A stretch of 64,000 nt of DNA, taken from Mobula hypostoma. Lineage: Eukaryota. The DNA is taken from contig NC_086097.1 of the NCBI RefSeq assembly GCF_963921235.1, positions 87,484,001 through 87,548,000 of the forward strand, read 5' to 3'. Positions 40,953 through 52,840 of this stretch are shown here, piece after piece (within the stretch, counting starts at the first letter, position 1; every line of letters begins with the position of its first letter). The notes below the pieces were generated by a model, which saw nothing but the letters and a program-made list of their open reading frames with translations, was not told the origin of the DNA and searched no databases. The translations under genes and the position numbers were made by a program.

Positions 40953-41942
40953 AAAAAAAAAAGTGGTATTTCTCATGAGTTCAGATTGTATTTTACATTT
41001 AACATAACGTGCAGTAATCAATATTGTAAATTAAAGGAATACATCAGTTAATTTTATTAGTGGCAAGGCCCACATGTACTAATGAGGCAGCACAGGAGAC
41101 TGAAGAGAGATTTAATTGTATATAAATGTGAGATGCCTGTAATGGAACAGGGCCTATAATCCCTATGCAGAGGGATTAATATCTTCAGGAAAAGTTAATT
41201 GACTGAAGAATTTGTGAAAAGTTGAAGAAAATTTTTATTTTTTCAATCAGTGATCTAAGTGTGTACAGGTATCCCCACCTTTGAAAGATTATACTGTTAT
41301 CAATCTACATACACTTCAAGGACTAGTTTACTTCATTGTTCAGTCTCCATGACAGGGTTCAGCTGTCAATTATGACTGTTTAAGTAGTGGGTTCTCCCCC
41401 CACTCCCACCAAGCATAAGATAAGTTAAAACTTTATTTATCCCAAAGGAAATTGTTGTTGCAAAGTTGCTCAGTCAGAAATATATACTTTAAAATACAAA
41501 ATGTAAGTATTGAGGTACGAAAAAAATATACAAAATGTACATTTGAAAAGTAATATTGCAAAATACAGATGTGCCATGAGACCATATACTTATATAGTTA
41601 AGGAGGAGGAGTTGTAGAGTATTATAGCCACAGGGAGAAAGGATCTCCTGTGGCTTTCAGTGGTGCACCTCGATGAAATCAGTCTGTTACTAAAAGCTGA
41701 TCCTCTGTTTGTCCAGTATGTCATGGAGGGAGTGAAAGGGATTGTCCATAATGCTCTGCAACTTCTGCAGCATCCTCCTGTCAGACACAACCACCAGGAA
41801 ATCCAGTTCTACTCCCAGATCGGAACTAGCCTTCCTGATGAGCTTATTGATCTTCTTGGCATCAGCTGCTCTCACCCTGCTGCCCCACTACAGTGTGGAA
41901 TAGAATGCCGGCTACTACTGAGTGGTATATCATCTGCAGCAT

Positions 41943-42489
41943 TGTCAGTCAGTGGGTGCCATCCTGAATCCGGGGTTGGCGTCTATGTACCTCCATCTTC
42001 TTCGATCTTGCGACAGCACTGAGAACAGCCTCTCCTCCAGTTTGTTCTCACTGGCCGCCTTGGCACCGCCCACCGCCACCCCCGCCAAACTCGAGTCCGA
42101 GGCCGTATCGGCCTCCAGCCGCGGCTGCTTCTTTGAGCTCAGCCTTTCCTTAGGTGGAGGCCTTGGGCAGGTCCAGGCACACGGTGCAGCGCCCAATTTC
42201 ATCATGTCTCTTCTAACTAGGTGCATAGCATACGATTCGTAGATACATGGTGAGGCTTTAATCTCTTCCATGGAAGATAGCCATTAGCTCACAAGGAGCT
42301 CATCCGCTCTTTGTCCGGTCTTGTATTTTTTAGTCCTCCTGTGTGTCCTCACACCCTCCTCACCAGACTAAGTCCAGTGGGGGAGCCGCCCCAAGTCGCT
42401 GACCACTCGACCATAGCCCCCGGCTGAGCGCCTGCCCCCTGCTGAATTTCTCTGAGCGTCCGGCGCCCGATCGAAGACCAAACCACTAT
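41943..42489 (-). mobile_element. Chimeric non-autonomous RTE-tailed retroelement carrying a host exon fragment
   Basis: Splits Rex1 between CSTM and LQM; TSD AC(T/A)ATGC; (ctga)n tail; RTE-like C-terminus MMKL(A)QDRRRWRYIDANPGFRMAPTD interrupted by host sequence. Confidence 0.85.
42013..42190 (-). pseudogene. ZFTRAF1: Circularly permuted fragment of the first coding exon of ZFTRAF1/CYHR1
   Basis: 42190-42156 encodes [11 protein letters not shown]; 42157-42013 encodes PPKERL...ENKLEERLFSVL. Recalled vertebrate CYHR1 reads PPKKR...[26 protein letters not shown]. The two ends rejoin seamlessly as GTG CTG T^GC TGC ACC. Confidence 0.85.
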
Positions 42490-43584
42490 GCATAGTACTG
42501 CAGACGTTGAATAACTCGAGCCTCCTCTGGAAGTACAGTCGGCTCTGTCCCTTGTACAGAGCCCCTATATTTTCAGTCTAGTCCAGTTTATTGTCCAGGT
42601 GAGTTCCCAGGTACTTTTAGTCCTGGACAACTTCCACGTCTGTTCCCTTGTTGGAGATGGTAATGCATGGTGTTTTCATCTTCTTGTCCTGGAATCCACC
42701 ACCAACTCCTTTGTCTCATGATGTTGAGCTGCAAGCGATTCAACAAAGTTGCTCAGTACTCTCCTGTCTTAGCCTCTTGTCCCTGGTTGATGCAGCCCAG
42801 AACTGCCGAATTGTCTGAAAACTTCTACAGGCGGCAGGACTCCTAGTCGAAGTGGGGGGGATAGGACAGTCCCCTGAGGTGACCCTGTGCTACTAACCAC
42901 AGTTTCTGATACACGGCTCTGCATCTCACAAACAGTGACCGCCTGAACCCGTAGTCTGTAATCCAGGTCACTAGTGGAGCATCCGTCTGCATCTCTGTGA
43001 GTTTACTCCCTAGTAAAGCAGGTTGTATGGTGTTAAAAGCACTGGATAACTCAAAGAACATGACTCTTACAGTGCTGTCTGGCTCATCCAAATGGGTGTA
43101 AGCCTGTTGAAGCAGGAGCGGTGTCCTTGACTCCAAAATGTGATTGCTAAGCAAACTGCGGTGGTGAGGGGGGAGGTGGCCCAGTGAAAGGTGTGTGTCA
43201 GGACCAGTTTTTCTAATAATTTCATAACATGAGGTCAGTGCTCTGGTCTGTAGTCACTGGGCGTGGTGGGATATGTCGTCTTGGGTAATGGAACTAAGCA
43301 GAATGGTTTCCACAGCACTGGGACTCTCTCCAAGCTTAGATTAAAGATATGTTGAAAGACTGCACCCAGCTGAGTAGCACACACCTTAAGTACGCTTCGG
43401 CTGATGCCATCTGGACCCACTGCCTTGCTTAGGTGAAGTCTGCTGAACTCTCTCCTTACCTGCTCAGCAGTGATGGGATGAGATGTTTCCAACTAATAAT
43501 GTAGTTTTAAATAGTTTATTTTATCTTTAGTGATGCACATTTAATTTGGACAAAATAATTCTTGACTGAGACTTAAGAATTTCT

Positions 43585-44215
43585 AACCTCAAGTTCTCTG
43601 AGGATCTAACCTGGTCCCAACATATTGATGCAGTTAAAAAGAAGGCAAGACAGTGACTGTACTTTATTAGGAATTTGAAGAAGTTTGGCATGTCAACAAT
43701 TACACTCAAAAACTTCTACAGTTGTACCATGGAGAGTATTCTGGTATGGAACATTTGCTGTCTGGTATGGAGGGGCTACTGCACAGGACCAAAGGAAGCT
43801 GCAGACGGTTGTAAATCTAGTCAGCTCCATCTTGGGTACCAGCTTATAAAGTACCCAAGCAGTGTCTCAGAAAGGCAGCGTCTGTTATTGGGGCCGTCCA
43901 GCACCCAGGGCATTCCTTTTCTCACTGTTACCATCAGGTAGGAGGTACAGAAGCCTGAGAGCACACACTCAGCGATTCAGGAACAGCTTCTTCCCCTCTG
44001 CCGTCCGATTCCTAATTGGACATTGAACCTTTAGACACTACATCACTTCTTTTAATATACAGTATTTCTGTTTTTGCCGTTAAATGTATTCAATATATGT
44101 AATTGATTTACTTTATTTTTTTTTCTTTGCTAGATTATGTATTGCATTGAACTGCTGCTGCTAAGTTAACAAATTTCACGTCACATGCCGGTGATAATAA
44201 ACCTGATTCTGATTA
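43585..44215 (+). mobile_element. Rex1/Babar-like LINE 3' fragment
   Basis: KKARQxLYFIRNLKKFGMSTITLKNFYSCTMESIL; (ctgatt)n tail. Confidence 0.75.
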
Positions 44216-44723
44216 TAAAAGATTATCAGATTATAAATGATTTCTGTAGTACAGGCACAACTCTTACAATCTAAAAATACATAACAAATTGCAGAGAAAC
44301 AAGTCATCTGTTACAGGAACTGAAGGCCGAGGAATAAATTCTCACATCTTCCTACTGTCATTCCCACAATCCTGGCTGCTTTCTAACATTTATACTGTTC
44401 TGCTACTCTTTGACATCATCTGCATGCGATGTTTTCAGTTGCATTCAGCATGCCAGGTGAATGGAATTTTTGATTATCCTGTTGCTTCTCTTGATCAAAT
44501 CATGGGCCAAGAAGAACTTTATTTTCTGTTTATATAAGAAGAGACTGATCATGGTATATTGGTTAGAAGTTTAACTTGGTCACAGACAACTCTTGACCCT
44601 TAGAAGGGTCGTGCTGCTGTGCTTGGAAAAACTGGGATTAGCAGTAAACTCCTTGGGCCCTGGAAAGTAAAGATCTGTCACAATACATGTTATTTTTCTC
44701 AATAAACTCACTTATTTTCAAAG

Positions 44724-44916
44724 GTTAACCCTGTGATGTCCAGAGTAGTGTACCACATGAGATGTTAATGAGTAAATGTTGAAATTCCTCCTGCCTCTGA
44801 CAGCACAGCCTAGGAATGATGTACAGCAGATTTTCTTCCTGCAGTGAAAGGCACATGATGCTACCAGCAAGGAATCAGCTGAGATTGAGAAATATGAAAT
44901 ATGAGAAATGGAATAG
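44724..44916 (+). other. Candidate exon of the host gene
   Basis: Unique-looking sequence with acceptor ttattttcaaag| and donor atag|gtacat; short ATG-initiated frame MMYSRFSSCSERHMMLPARNQLRLRNMKYEKWN, not recognised. Confidence 0.3.
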
Positions 44917-46419
44917 GTACATGAGCACATTCTTCAGTTATCTCTAATATTCGACTCATGCATCCAAGCCTTAAGTAAATCAACTCTGGGTTTACTTGCA
45001 CATTAACAGGAACTAATGCTTCAAGAATTGATGGGAGACTCTTCAATGCCTGTTCTCTGAACTGCTATAGCCTGCCCTACAGCTTCATACAGGTATTTAA
45101 CCAGGGAATTTCAGAGGAGAGGTTTCTGCCTTTATTGTCCTTTGAGACAGTAACCTCCATTACACTTTGAATAAAACTTGTATCCTGCACCTCTCCTTAA
45201 TCCTCTACCAATTCATGCTAGTTTTGACTTCTCTGTTAAGAAATGATGAGCCTCTTCTAGATTTACCATAATTTTGTGCTGTTCAGTTATGATCTCCTTG
45301 TGGTCCATATTCTAGAGAACAACATAGCACCACAGTGCTGTCATTTAGTTAGGTTTAGCATTGTTATGGAAAAAGACAAAGTCAGTATAGGAGCAAGGGT
45401 TCTTATGGTTAAATCCAATTTTTTTTAGGCTGAGGACTGAATTGCAAAAGTGGACTGGAACCAGCTGCGTGATGGTAAATTGGTCTCCAAGCAATGGAAG
45501 ACAACGAAGAAGGCGTATCAGGTTTCAAGGTAAACATGTTCCAACAAGGGAAGAAGGTGAGATTGTCAGATCTAGGGCTGCCTGGATGGCAATGATAAGG
45601 CAAGGAAAGTAAAGGATTGAGATTAGAAATGAAATTGGTAAATAAAAGGGAAAACATGGAAAATATTTGAAGGTTTAAAAAAATGCAAAGATTTAAGTAC
45701 ATTTTAAGAAAGAAGGCATTTAGAAATGAGTTGGGGCCCACCGGAAGCTACAAGTTAACTTATTTATGGAGGTGGCAGATAAGGAAGGATTCTTAATGAA
45801 TACTTTGCAGTTTCCTCAATATTCTTATGTTTTCTTTTGTACTTCCCTTGACCTCAATGTATTGCCCTACACATGTCTGAATTAAAATCCATTTGCCAGT
45901 ATCTGGCCAATCCACCTATATCCAACGCTGATGAATAGTTAAGGGTGAAATGCTGGGTGGGTGAAAGTAGAAAAGCTGCAAGTTTATTGGATTTTGAAAA
46001 TGGATAAATCACAAGGCCTGGACAGAAAATGTCTCAGACTATTAAGAAGCAAGAAAGAAAATATCATTTTTTTAAATATCCCAGCCTACAGGAAAGGTGC
46101 CAGAGGAATGGAGAGCTACTAATGTTCTACCATTGTTTTGAAATGATGCAATAAAGTAATTAATTACAGATCAATTAGTTTAACTTTGCCAGACACCTTA
46201 TTGGAATCAATTCTGAGAGAAAGTATAAATCTTTAGTTGGAAATAAATAGTCAATGTCTCGGTATAGATTTGAGCTAATCTAGTTATTCCCTGTTCTTGA
46301 GAATGAGGATGCTGATATTCCCACAGACTTCCTCCTGAGATTCTTTTTGCTGTTGCTGTACGCAGTAGTCACATTAAGCACAATGTAATGTAACAACAGC
46401 AATAATGCCATAACAACTT

Positions 46420-46725
46420 GGGCACGTGACCAAGTGGTTAAGGCATTCGACTAGCGACATGAAGGTCGCTAGTTTGAGCCCCAACCGGGGCAGCGTGTTG
46501 TGTCCTTGAGCAAGGCACTTAATCACACATTGCTCTGCGACGACACTGGTGCCAAGCTGTATCGGCCCTTCCCTTGGACAACATTGGTGTCGTGGAGAGG
46601 GGAGACTTGCAGCATGGGCAACTGCCAGTCTTCCATACAACCTTGCCCAGGCCTGTGCCCTGAAGAGTGAAGGTGTTCCAGGCGCAGATCCATGGTCTCG
46701 CAAGACTAATGGATGCCTTATAATG
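46420..46725 (+). mobile_element. tRNA-derived CORE-type SINE with RTE-like tail
   Basis: Head gggcacgtgaccaagtggttaagg...gtttgagccc; CORE-like gtgtccttgagcaaggcacttaa; 9-bp TSD TAACAACTT (46411-46419 and 46726-46734). Confidence 0.85.
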
Positions 46726-46956
46726 TAACAACTTATAAAAGCTTGTTCAATAATACTTCACATTTCCACCAACTCTTAACTAGATGGTGAGGTCAGCAGG
46801 TAGAACTGAACAGCAACAAGTTTCCCCTTAAGTCACATGCCACTCTTAAAAGGAAAAATATTGTCATTCCTCCTTTGCTGCCAGTTCACAACTCTAGAAT
46901 TTGCTACTTGTCCTTCCTGTGAGGGAAATTCATCTCTACCTCAGGCAACCCAGATC

Positions 46957-47230
46957 TTGTTTGTTTATTTAGCAATACAGTGTGGAGTCCAGTCCTTTGA
47001 GCCACATTGCTCCAGCAACCCCAGAATCCTGATTAACCCTAAGCTAATCACGGGAACATTTGCAATGACCAATTAACCTACCTGTTACACCTTTGGACTG
47101 TGGGACGAAACCGAAATGCGCTTATTCCACTGGGGGGGAGGGGGGAGAATACAGAGACTCCTTGCGGAATGGCACTAGAGTTGAATTCCAAACTCCAGAA
47201 TGCTGTGAGCTGTAATAGCACAATACTAGT
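46957..47230 (-). mobile_element. V-SINE (HE1-like)
   Basis: Reverse complement of the 3703-3990 family (caatgaccaattaacc, ctttggactgtggga). Confidence 0.8.
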
Positions 47231-48062
47231 AGGATGTTAACCTTTGTGGGATAGTATATTGCAAATTCACAGCCATACAGTGTTATTAAGGATATGACTA
47301 TTTTTAAGTTGGACCATTGCAAGTGTTTTAATACAATCAAATTATGAGACTGGATAATTAGACTTATGGTAGTTTTAGGATCAAAAATAAGTAGATATAA
47401 ATGAAAATTTAATGCTAAAGATTTTGAGCAGATGACAGGAGAAAGTTCTTCAAATCCTGACCCAGTGGATTTTTATTCCCAGTTTCCCAGGAACTATGCC
47501 AGCATTCAAGATTAGATTGGCTGAGTGTGGATGAAAGAAAATGATAGGAGGGATAATGTAACTGGGTTGGTAGATATGATTGAAACTATTTGTTTGATGG
47601 AGAGGAAAATCTGACACATATTAGGCAAAATGTTACATTTGCATTTAGGACGTTGAATGTTTCTCTCTACAAACTGAAAGGCTGACAGGTATAGTATATA
47701 TTCTTTACTAAAAGCAGCACCTATAATCAGATAAATTAAGAATTGATTGTAAAAATAGTCGAGTTAACTAGTTGTTGCGTTATAATAGTTGCACATAGAG
47801 GTTGATTAGATTCAGGACCCGCACAGCGAGACCACTCAGTTCTGAAATCTGTTAGACCGGGAGCTTCCTGAGAGTCACAAATTTGATAAATAACTAATAA
47901 ATTTTTCTTGTTTTTTGCACTAGCTGTTTTTCATCTGTGGCTTTCGGTGGACTTACCTCTGGTGCACCTATCATTGTTAAGATTTTTCTGCATTCTTTAC
48001 TAGAACACTCCTTGTTCTCTTGGTCCCTCTCTGGACTGTGAGGAAGCATTCTGCTTTTGTTG

Positions 48063-48506
48063 TAACATGCACAAAATGCTGGAAGAACTCAGCAGGTCAG
48101 GCAGCATCCATGGAACTGAGCAATCGACATCTTGGTCCAAGACCCTTCTTTGGGACTGGTTAGACGTGAGAATAAAAAGGTGAGGGGAAGGGAAGAAGGA
48201 TAGCTAGAACTTGATAGGTGGGTGGGAAAGGTCCCCTCATTACTACTTCTGTTCCCCACCCTCGCCACTTGTCTCCTCTCACCTGCCTATCACCTCCCCT
48301 GGTGCCCCCCCCCCCCGGCCCCTTGGCTTTCTCCGACGATCCACTCTCCTCTTTCAGGTTCCTTCCTCTCCGGCCCTTTACTTTTCTCTTCCTGAAATGT
48401 CAACTATTTGTTCATTTCCATAGATGTGGCATTACTTGTTGAGTTCTTCCAGAATTTTGTGTGTGTTGCTCTGGATTTCCAGCATCTGCAGAATCTCTTG
48501 TGTTTA
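48063..48506. mobile_element. PLE-derived fold-back remnant (two inverted termini)
   Basis: Left cacaaaatgctggaagaactcagcagg is the inverse of right ...gagttcttccagaattttgtgtg; only the right arm has the ~35-nt extension ctggatttccagcatctgcag. Confidence 0.75.
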
Positions 48507-49974
48507 TGATTTGCTGCTTTTCTTGTGGTATGTCAGGCTCTTTTTTTTTCTTCATGTTTCCTTCTTGACACCAAAGAAAATTTGCAGTTTGTTGTATTTT
48601 TACTATGGAAAATTTGAATGAATTGTTGTAGTGAAGGAGACTGAGTTGCACTCAAAAATCAGTTTTATGTTTTCTTGAAAAGAAAATTTTTAGTTTTGGG
48701 AAACTAGATAGTACAAAGGAAATTAATCTAGAATAAACAGAGAATAACCAAGTTTTCCATCCTAAATAAACATTTGAAAATTTAACATGGAATGGGAAAT
48801 GAAGGTTGATTTGCAATATCGTTAGACAGTATTAACCAACAGTTCAAGAACTAGAGCAATGTTTTCTAATAAAAGCAGAATTATTTCCCCAGTAGTAAAC
48901 AGAGAAAGATTCCATTGCTCAAATATGTTAACATTAAATTCAGATAATTGAATGGTTAGGCACAGACATGGCAAATGGAATTTAATGTGGAGTATTGTGA
49001 AGTCATGCACTTCAAAGTTCAAAATAATATTATTATCAAAGTGCATGTATGTCACCACATAACAACTCTGGGATTCACTTTATTGCAGACATACTCAATA
49101 CATCCATAATAGAATCAGTGAAAGACTGCACCAGCTTAGGTGTTCAACCAGTGTGCAAAAGAGAACAAACTGCAAATACAAAAAGGTACAAAATAATTAA
49201 GTAAGTAATAAATACCAAGAATATGAGATAAAGAGTCCCTGAAAGTGGCTCTATAGGTTGTAAGAACACCTCAATGATGGGACAAGGGAAGTTTTCAAAC
49301 ATTTCAAAGGTTCATTTATTACCAATACATACAACTCTGAAATTCTTCTTCTCCAGATAGCCACAAAACCAAGAAAGAAGAGTGGCAGCATAATCATCAA
49401 CCTCCAATTCCCTCCTCCCTGCCCAAAAAAAATGAACAAAATGGGAAAAGCAAATCAACCCCCAAATCTCCCTCCCACACACACAAAAAAAGGAGAAAGA
49501 TTGGGCAAAAAATATAGAATATAAGTCTGAGGAAGTCTGTAGTCCAGGTCCATATCCAAAACTCAGAAAACCTGAGTAGCATTCTCCAGGCACAGTGGCG
49601 GGCCTTTCCCTCTCAGGCTGTGAGCGATCCCACCGGCGATCAAAAGGCAGTCTTCCCTCTCTGGTAGCAGAGCAATCCCTGAGCGATCCTCTATTAAACC
49701 ATGGAACATACAGTAATTCTTCAAACCCGTTGAAGCAAGCCACTGAGTATTGTCTTCCTAACTCTGTACCATTATAAGTAACATACAATTTCCAACGTAC
49801 AAATAAATTCTCATGTTAATTAGACCCTATTAATACTGTGGAGTTATGGTACCATATTCAGTAATTTTTTTTAAATTTTCTGACTTGTGGACAAAATCAG
49901 ATTGTAATAGTCTGCAAATGTGGAACTGGTTCAAAACCTGGGGATGATTTGTATCACAACAGAAGTTTGATTTG

Positions 49975-50535
49975 AAGAATAGTCATATAGTGTGTCATTG
50001 AGCCCGCATCTGGAACACTGCACAGTTTTGGTCCCCTTACCAACAAACAAGGATATAACGATTTTGGAAGTAATCCAAAAGAAATTCAGCAGATTAATTC
50101 CTGTTGCCCATCAAGAGAGGCTAGACAGTTTGATCTATATTAATTGATTTTTAAAAGAATGAAGGGTGACTTTAATGAATATATCGACACCTTTAGAATA
50201 TTGAAATGCCTACATAGAGTGGATGTTGCCTATAGTGGGGGACTCTAGGACCAGGCAGCCTTGGATTAGAGGGACATCGATTTAGAATGGATATGAGAAG
50301 GAATTTTTTTTAGCCAGAGGGTGGAGAATCGGGAATTCATTGCCACAGATGGCTGTGGAATCCAAGCTATTGGGTATACTTAAAAGTAGAGATTGATAGC
50401 TTCTTGATTCGTAAGGGTGTCTACAGGTTATTGGGAGAAGGCAGCTGAATGGGGTTGAGGAGATTAATAAATCAGCCATGATGTTGGAGCAGACTCAATG
50501 GGCTCAGTAGACTGCTCGAATGTCTTGTGGTCTTG
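49975..50535 (+). mobile_element. CR1 3' fragment
   Basis: HLEHCTVL-like motif, ccagagggtggagaatc, CR1 3' end. Confidence 0.65.
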
Positions 50536-50537
50536 TA

Positions 50538-51015
50538 TGAGGGGTGATTGATAAGTTCGTGGCCTAAGGTAGAAGGGAGTCAATTTTAGAAAACCTAGCA
50601 CATTTATTTTTCCTACATTTACGCACTTAGTCCAGCGGTCATGGAGCATACGGATCCCTTCTTTGTAGAAGTCGGCGTCTTGGACCTCCAGAAAGTGGTC
50701 CACAGCAGGGGTGATCGATAAGTTCGTGGCCTAAGGTAGAAGGAGATGAGTTATTAACTTCAAACTTTTCTGCATTTTCACTCAAAGAGTTGAACTGCAC
50801 GTGCATGTAACGAGCTGTATAACACATCTTCTACCTTAGGCCACGAAGTTATCAATCGCCCCTGCTGTGGACCACTTCTACAAAGAAGGGATCCATATGC
50901 TCCATGACCGCTGGACTAAGTGTGTACATGTAGGAGGAGACTATGTTGAAAAATAAATGTTTTCTAAAATTGACTCCTTCTACCCTTAGGCCACAAACTT
51001 ATCAATCACCCTTCA
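50538..51015. mobile_element. Mariner (irritans-like) fold-back MITE with four TIRs
   Basis: TA-flanked; TIR tgaggggtgattgataagttcgtggcctaaggtagaagg; transposase C-terminus FYKEGIxMLHDRWTKCVxVG(GDYVEK*) in both arms. Confidence 0.9.
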
Positions 51016-52840
51016 TATGTGAGATTCTCTAAGGCAGCTTGACAGGGTGGATATTTTCATTAGTGAAAGTCATGAACAAGGGGACACAGCTGTGAAATAT
51101 GGTTATCATTGGTTCTGTTCCTTAGAGCAGAGAAGACAAAGTTTAACCAACTGCTTGTGAGAGGGACCCACAAATGGATATTTCTATTGGGTGCAGAAAT
51201 AGTATGAAGGTATGAACTGAGGATTAACATTAGAAGCCAAAAATTAAGGGCAATTTTCCTGTACAGCCGTGGTTAGAATACACAAAGCAATAAAGCTGCT
51301 AAAGTACTTTTATTAAGAGGGTGGCAATCAAAGCGTGGAACAAATATGTTAAAGTGAGAGTGAAGGAAGGAGAGATGGTGGTATTTGTCTGAAGGATACT
51401 GGGTTGAAAGAAAACACAAATTGGTGGAAAACATGTTTTTGGAGCCATCATTTGCAAAATCAGCTGTATAATTCATGCAACAGATCTTGTTCTTTCCACA
51501 AGTGGGATTTTTTTTCTGCCTTGGGTTTACATTTTTAATGCTTTGCTTTTCACCCAAGGAGCTAAAGAGTTTGAAACTTGGCGGGGGGGGGGGGTTGGTG
51601 GTTTGAATCACTGATTGAATCTAAATTTCTAGTGATCTAGTTTAAGTTTGCATACATATGCTAAGAAATCTGTTCATAATGGGTGGTAGTACATGCACCA
51701 TGTAGTACTGGTAGCACTGAAATTCTTTTCCTTCAGGGGACACAGGGTGCAACCTTAAGCGTGATTAATCAGGAGTAAATTACTTGAAAGCTTTGTGTTG
51801 AGTTTTTATTTCTATGCAAGTAGTATCAGATATCAATCAAGAGCAAAATAACCCATTTACAAACAAATCAACAGAATGATGTTGTACTGCTCTTACTGTC
51901 TCTTGTAAAGATATGCTTTGTTGAAACTTCTAAAAGAGTTTCTGACCAATTGCTGTAAATGTAATATTGTTTGTCTTGCATTATTTGGCCTCTTGGATGA
52001 GGTTTTTGAATTTCATACCATGATCTTTTTCTCCCCCCCCGCCCCGCCATCCTTCATCACTGTTTTCAGCAGAGACCAGAGTTTATTGTTTCAACCTCAA
52101 TTTAATTACCTGAAGTGAGATAGGATAGAATATCATTGTGTAGTATGGTTGGTATGGTTAAAAAGGGCAATAGAAATTAATATCTTTTCTGGGCATGGCT
52201 AATTCAGCAATAGTTAGTGTACATTTGCTTGCCTATACTTTTTCAGACAGCTGCCATGAATAGTGCATAATTGGAATATTTTGAAAAGTTGGGTATTAAA
52301 GTTCTTTGTTAGAACTTGTGTAATTTTGATGTGTGAAATGTAAAGCTCTTGTATCATTAAAAGAACTGTTGTACTTGAACAAGAAAATCCAGGCTGGTGG
52401 CATGGTGCAGACCTGAAGGTGTGCCACATTAACAGGTTTATCTTTTTGAATTGCCATTGAATTGATAATATGACTGTGCTTAGACTGGGTGATAAAGATT
52501 CCAAAGTACTACCTCAAAGAAGAATATTGCAGTTAGCCTAACCACTTTGCTATTTTTAAGAATCTCATGTAGGCAAAATAGTTGTCATTTTTTTTGCTCT
52601 CTGAGTCCCTCTCCACGACTCTTATTTATACTTTATTGTCGCCAAACAATTGATACTAGAACGCACAATCATCATAGCGATATTTGATTCTGCGCTTCCC
52701 GCTCCCTGGATTACAAATCTATAACCTTTTGACCTGGAGAAATTAGTGAATGATGACGGTTGATCTGTCCAATATCTTGTGTCATGGGAACATACAATCA
52801 TTTAACTTTATCCCTTCACCTAAATCATTAAAATAAGGTA

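Larger units (their letters stand above)
41415..43492 (-). mobile_element. Rex1/Babar-type LINE, decayed RT, interrupted at 41943-42489
   Basis: SKAVGPDGIS, PSDYRP, VRVMFFELSSAFNTIQP, GQSRLYF...FNVCSTM|LQMIYHSVVA, RRSFLPVAIILYN. Confidence 0.9.

Noticed and set aside
42230..42489. Possible HDV-like ribozyme in the chimera's 5' region (known from some RTE 5'UTRs)
   Set aside because: I could not assemble the P1/P2/P3 pairings by eye; it needs a motif search.
41943..42492. Solo LTR interpretation (TG...CA on the plus strand)
   Set aside because: The tandem-repeat tail, 5'-truncated sister copy and 7-8-bp TSDs indicate non-LTR retrotransposition.
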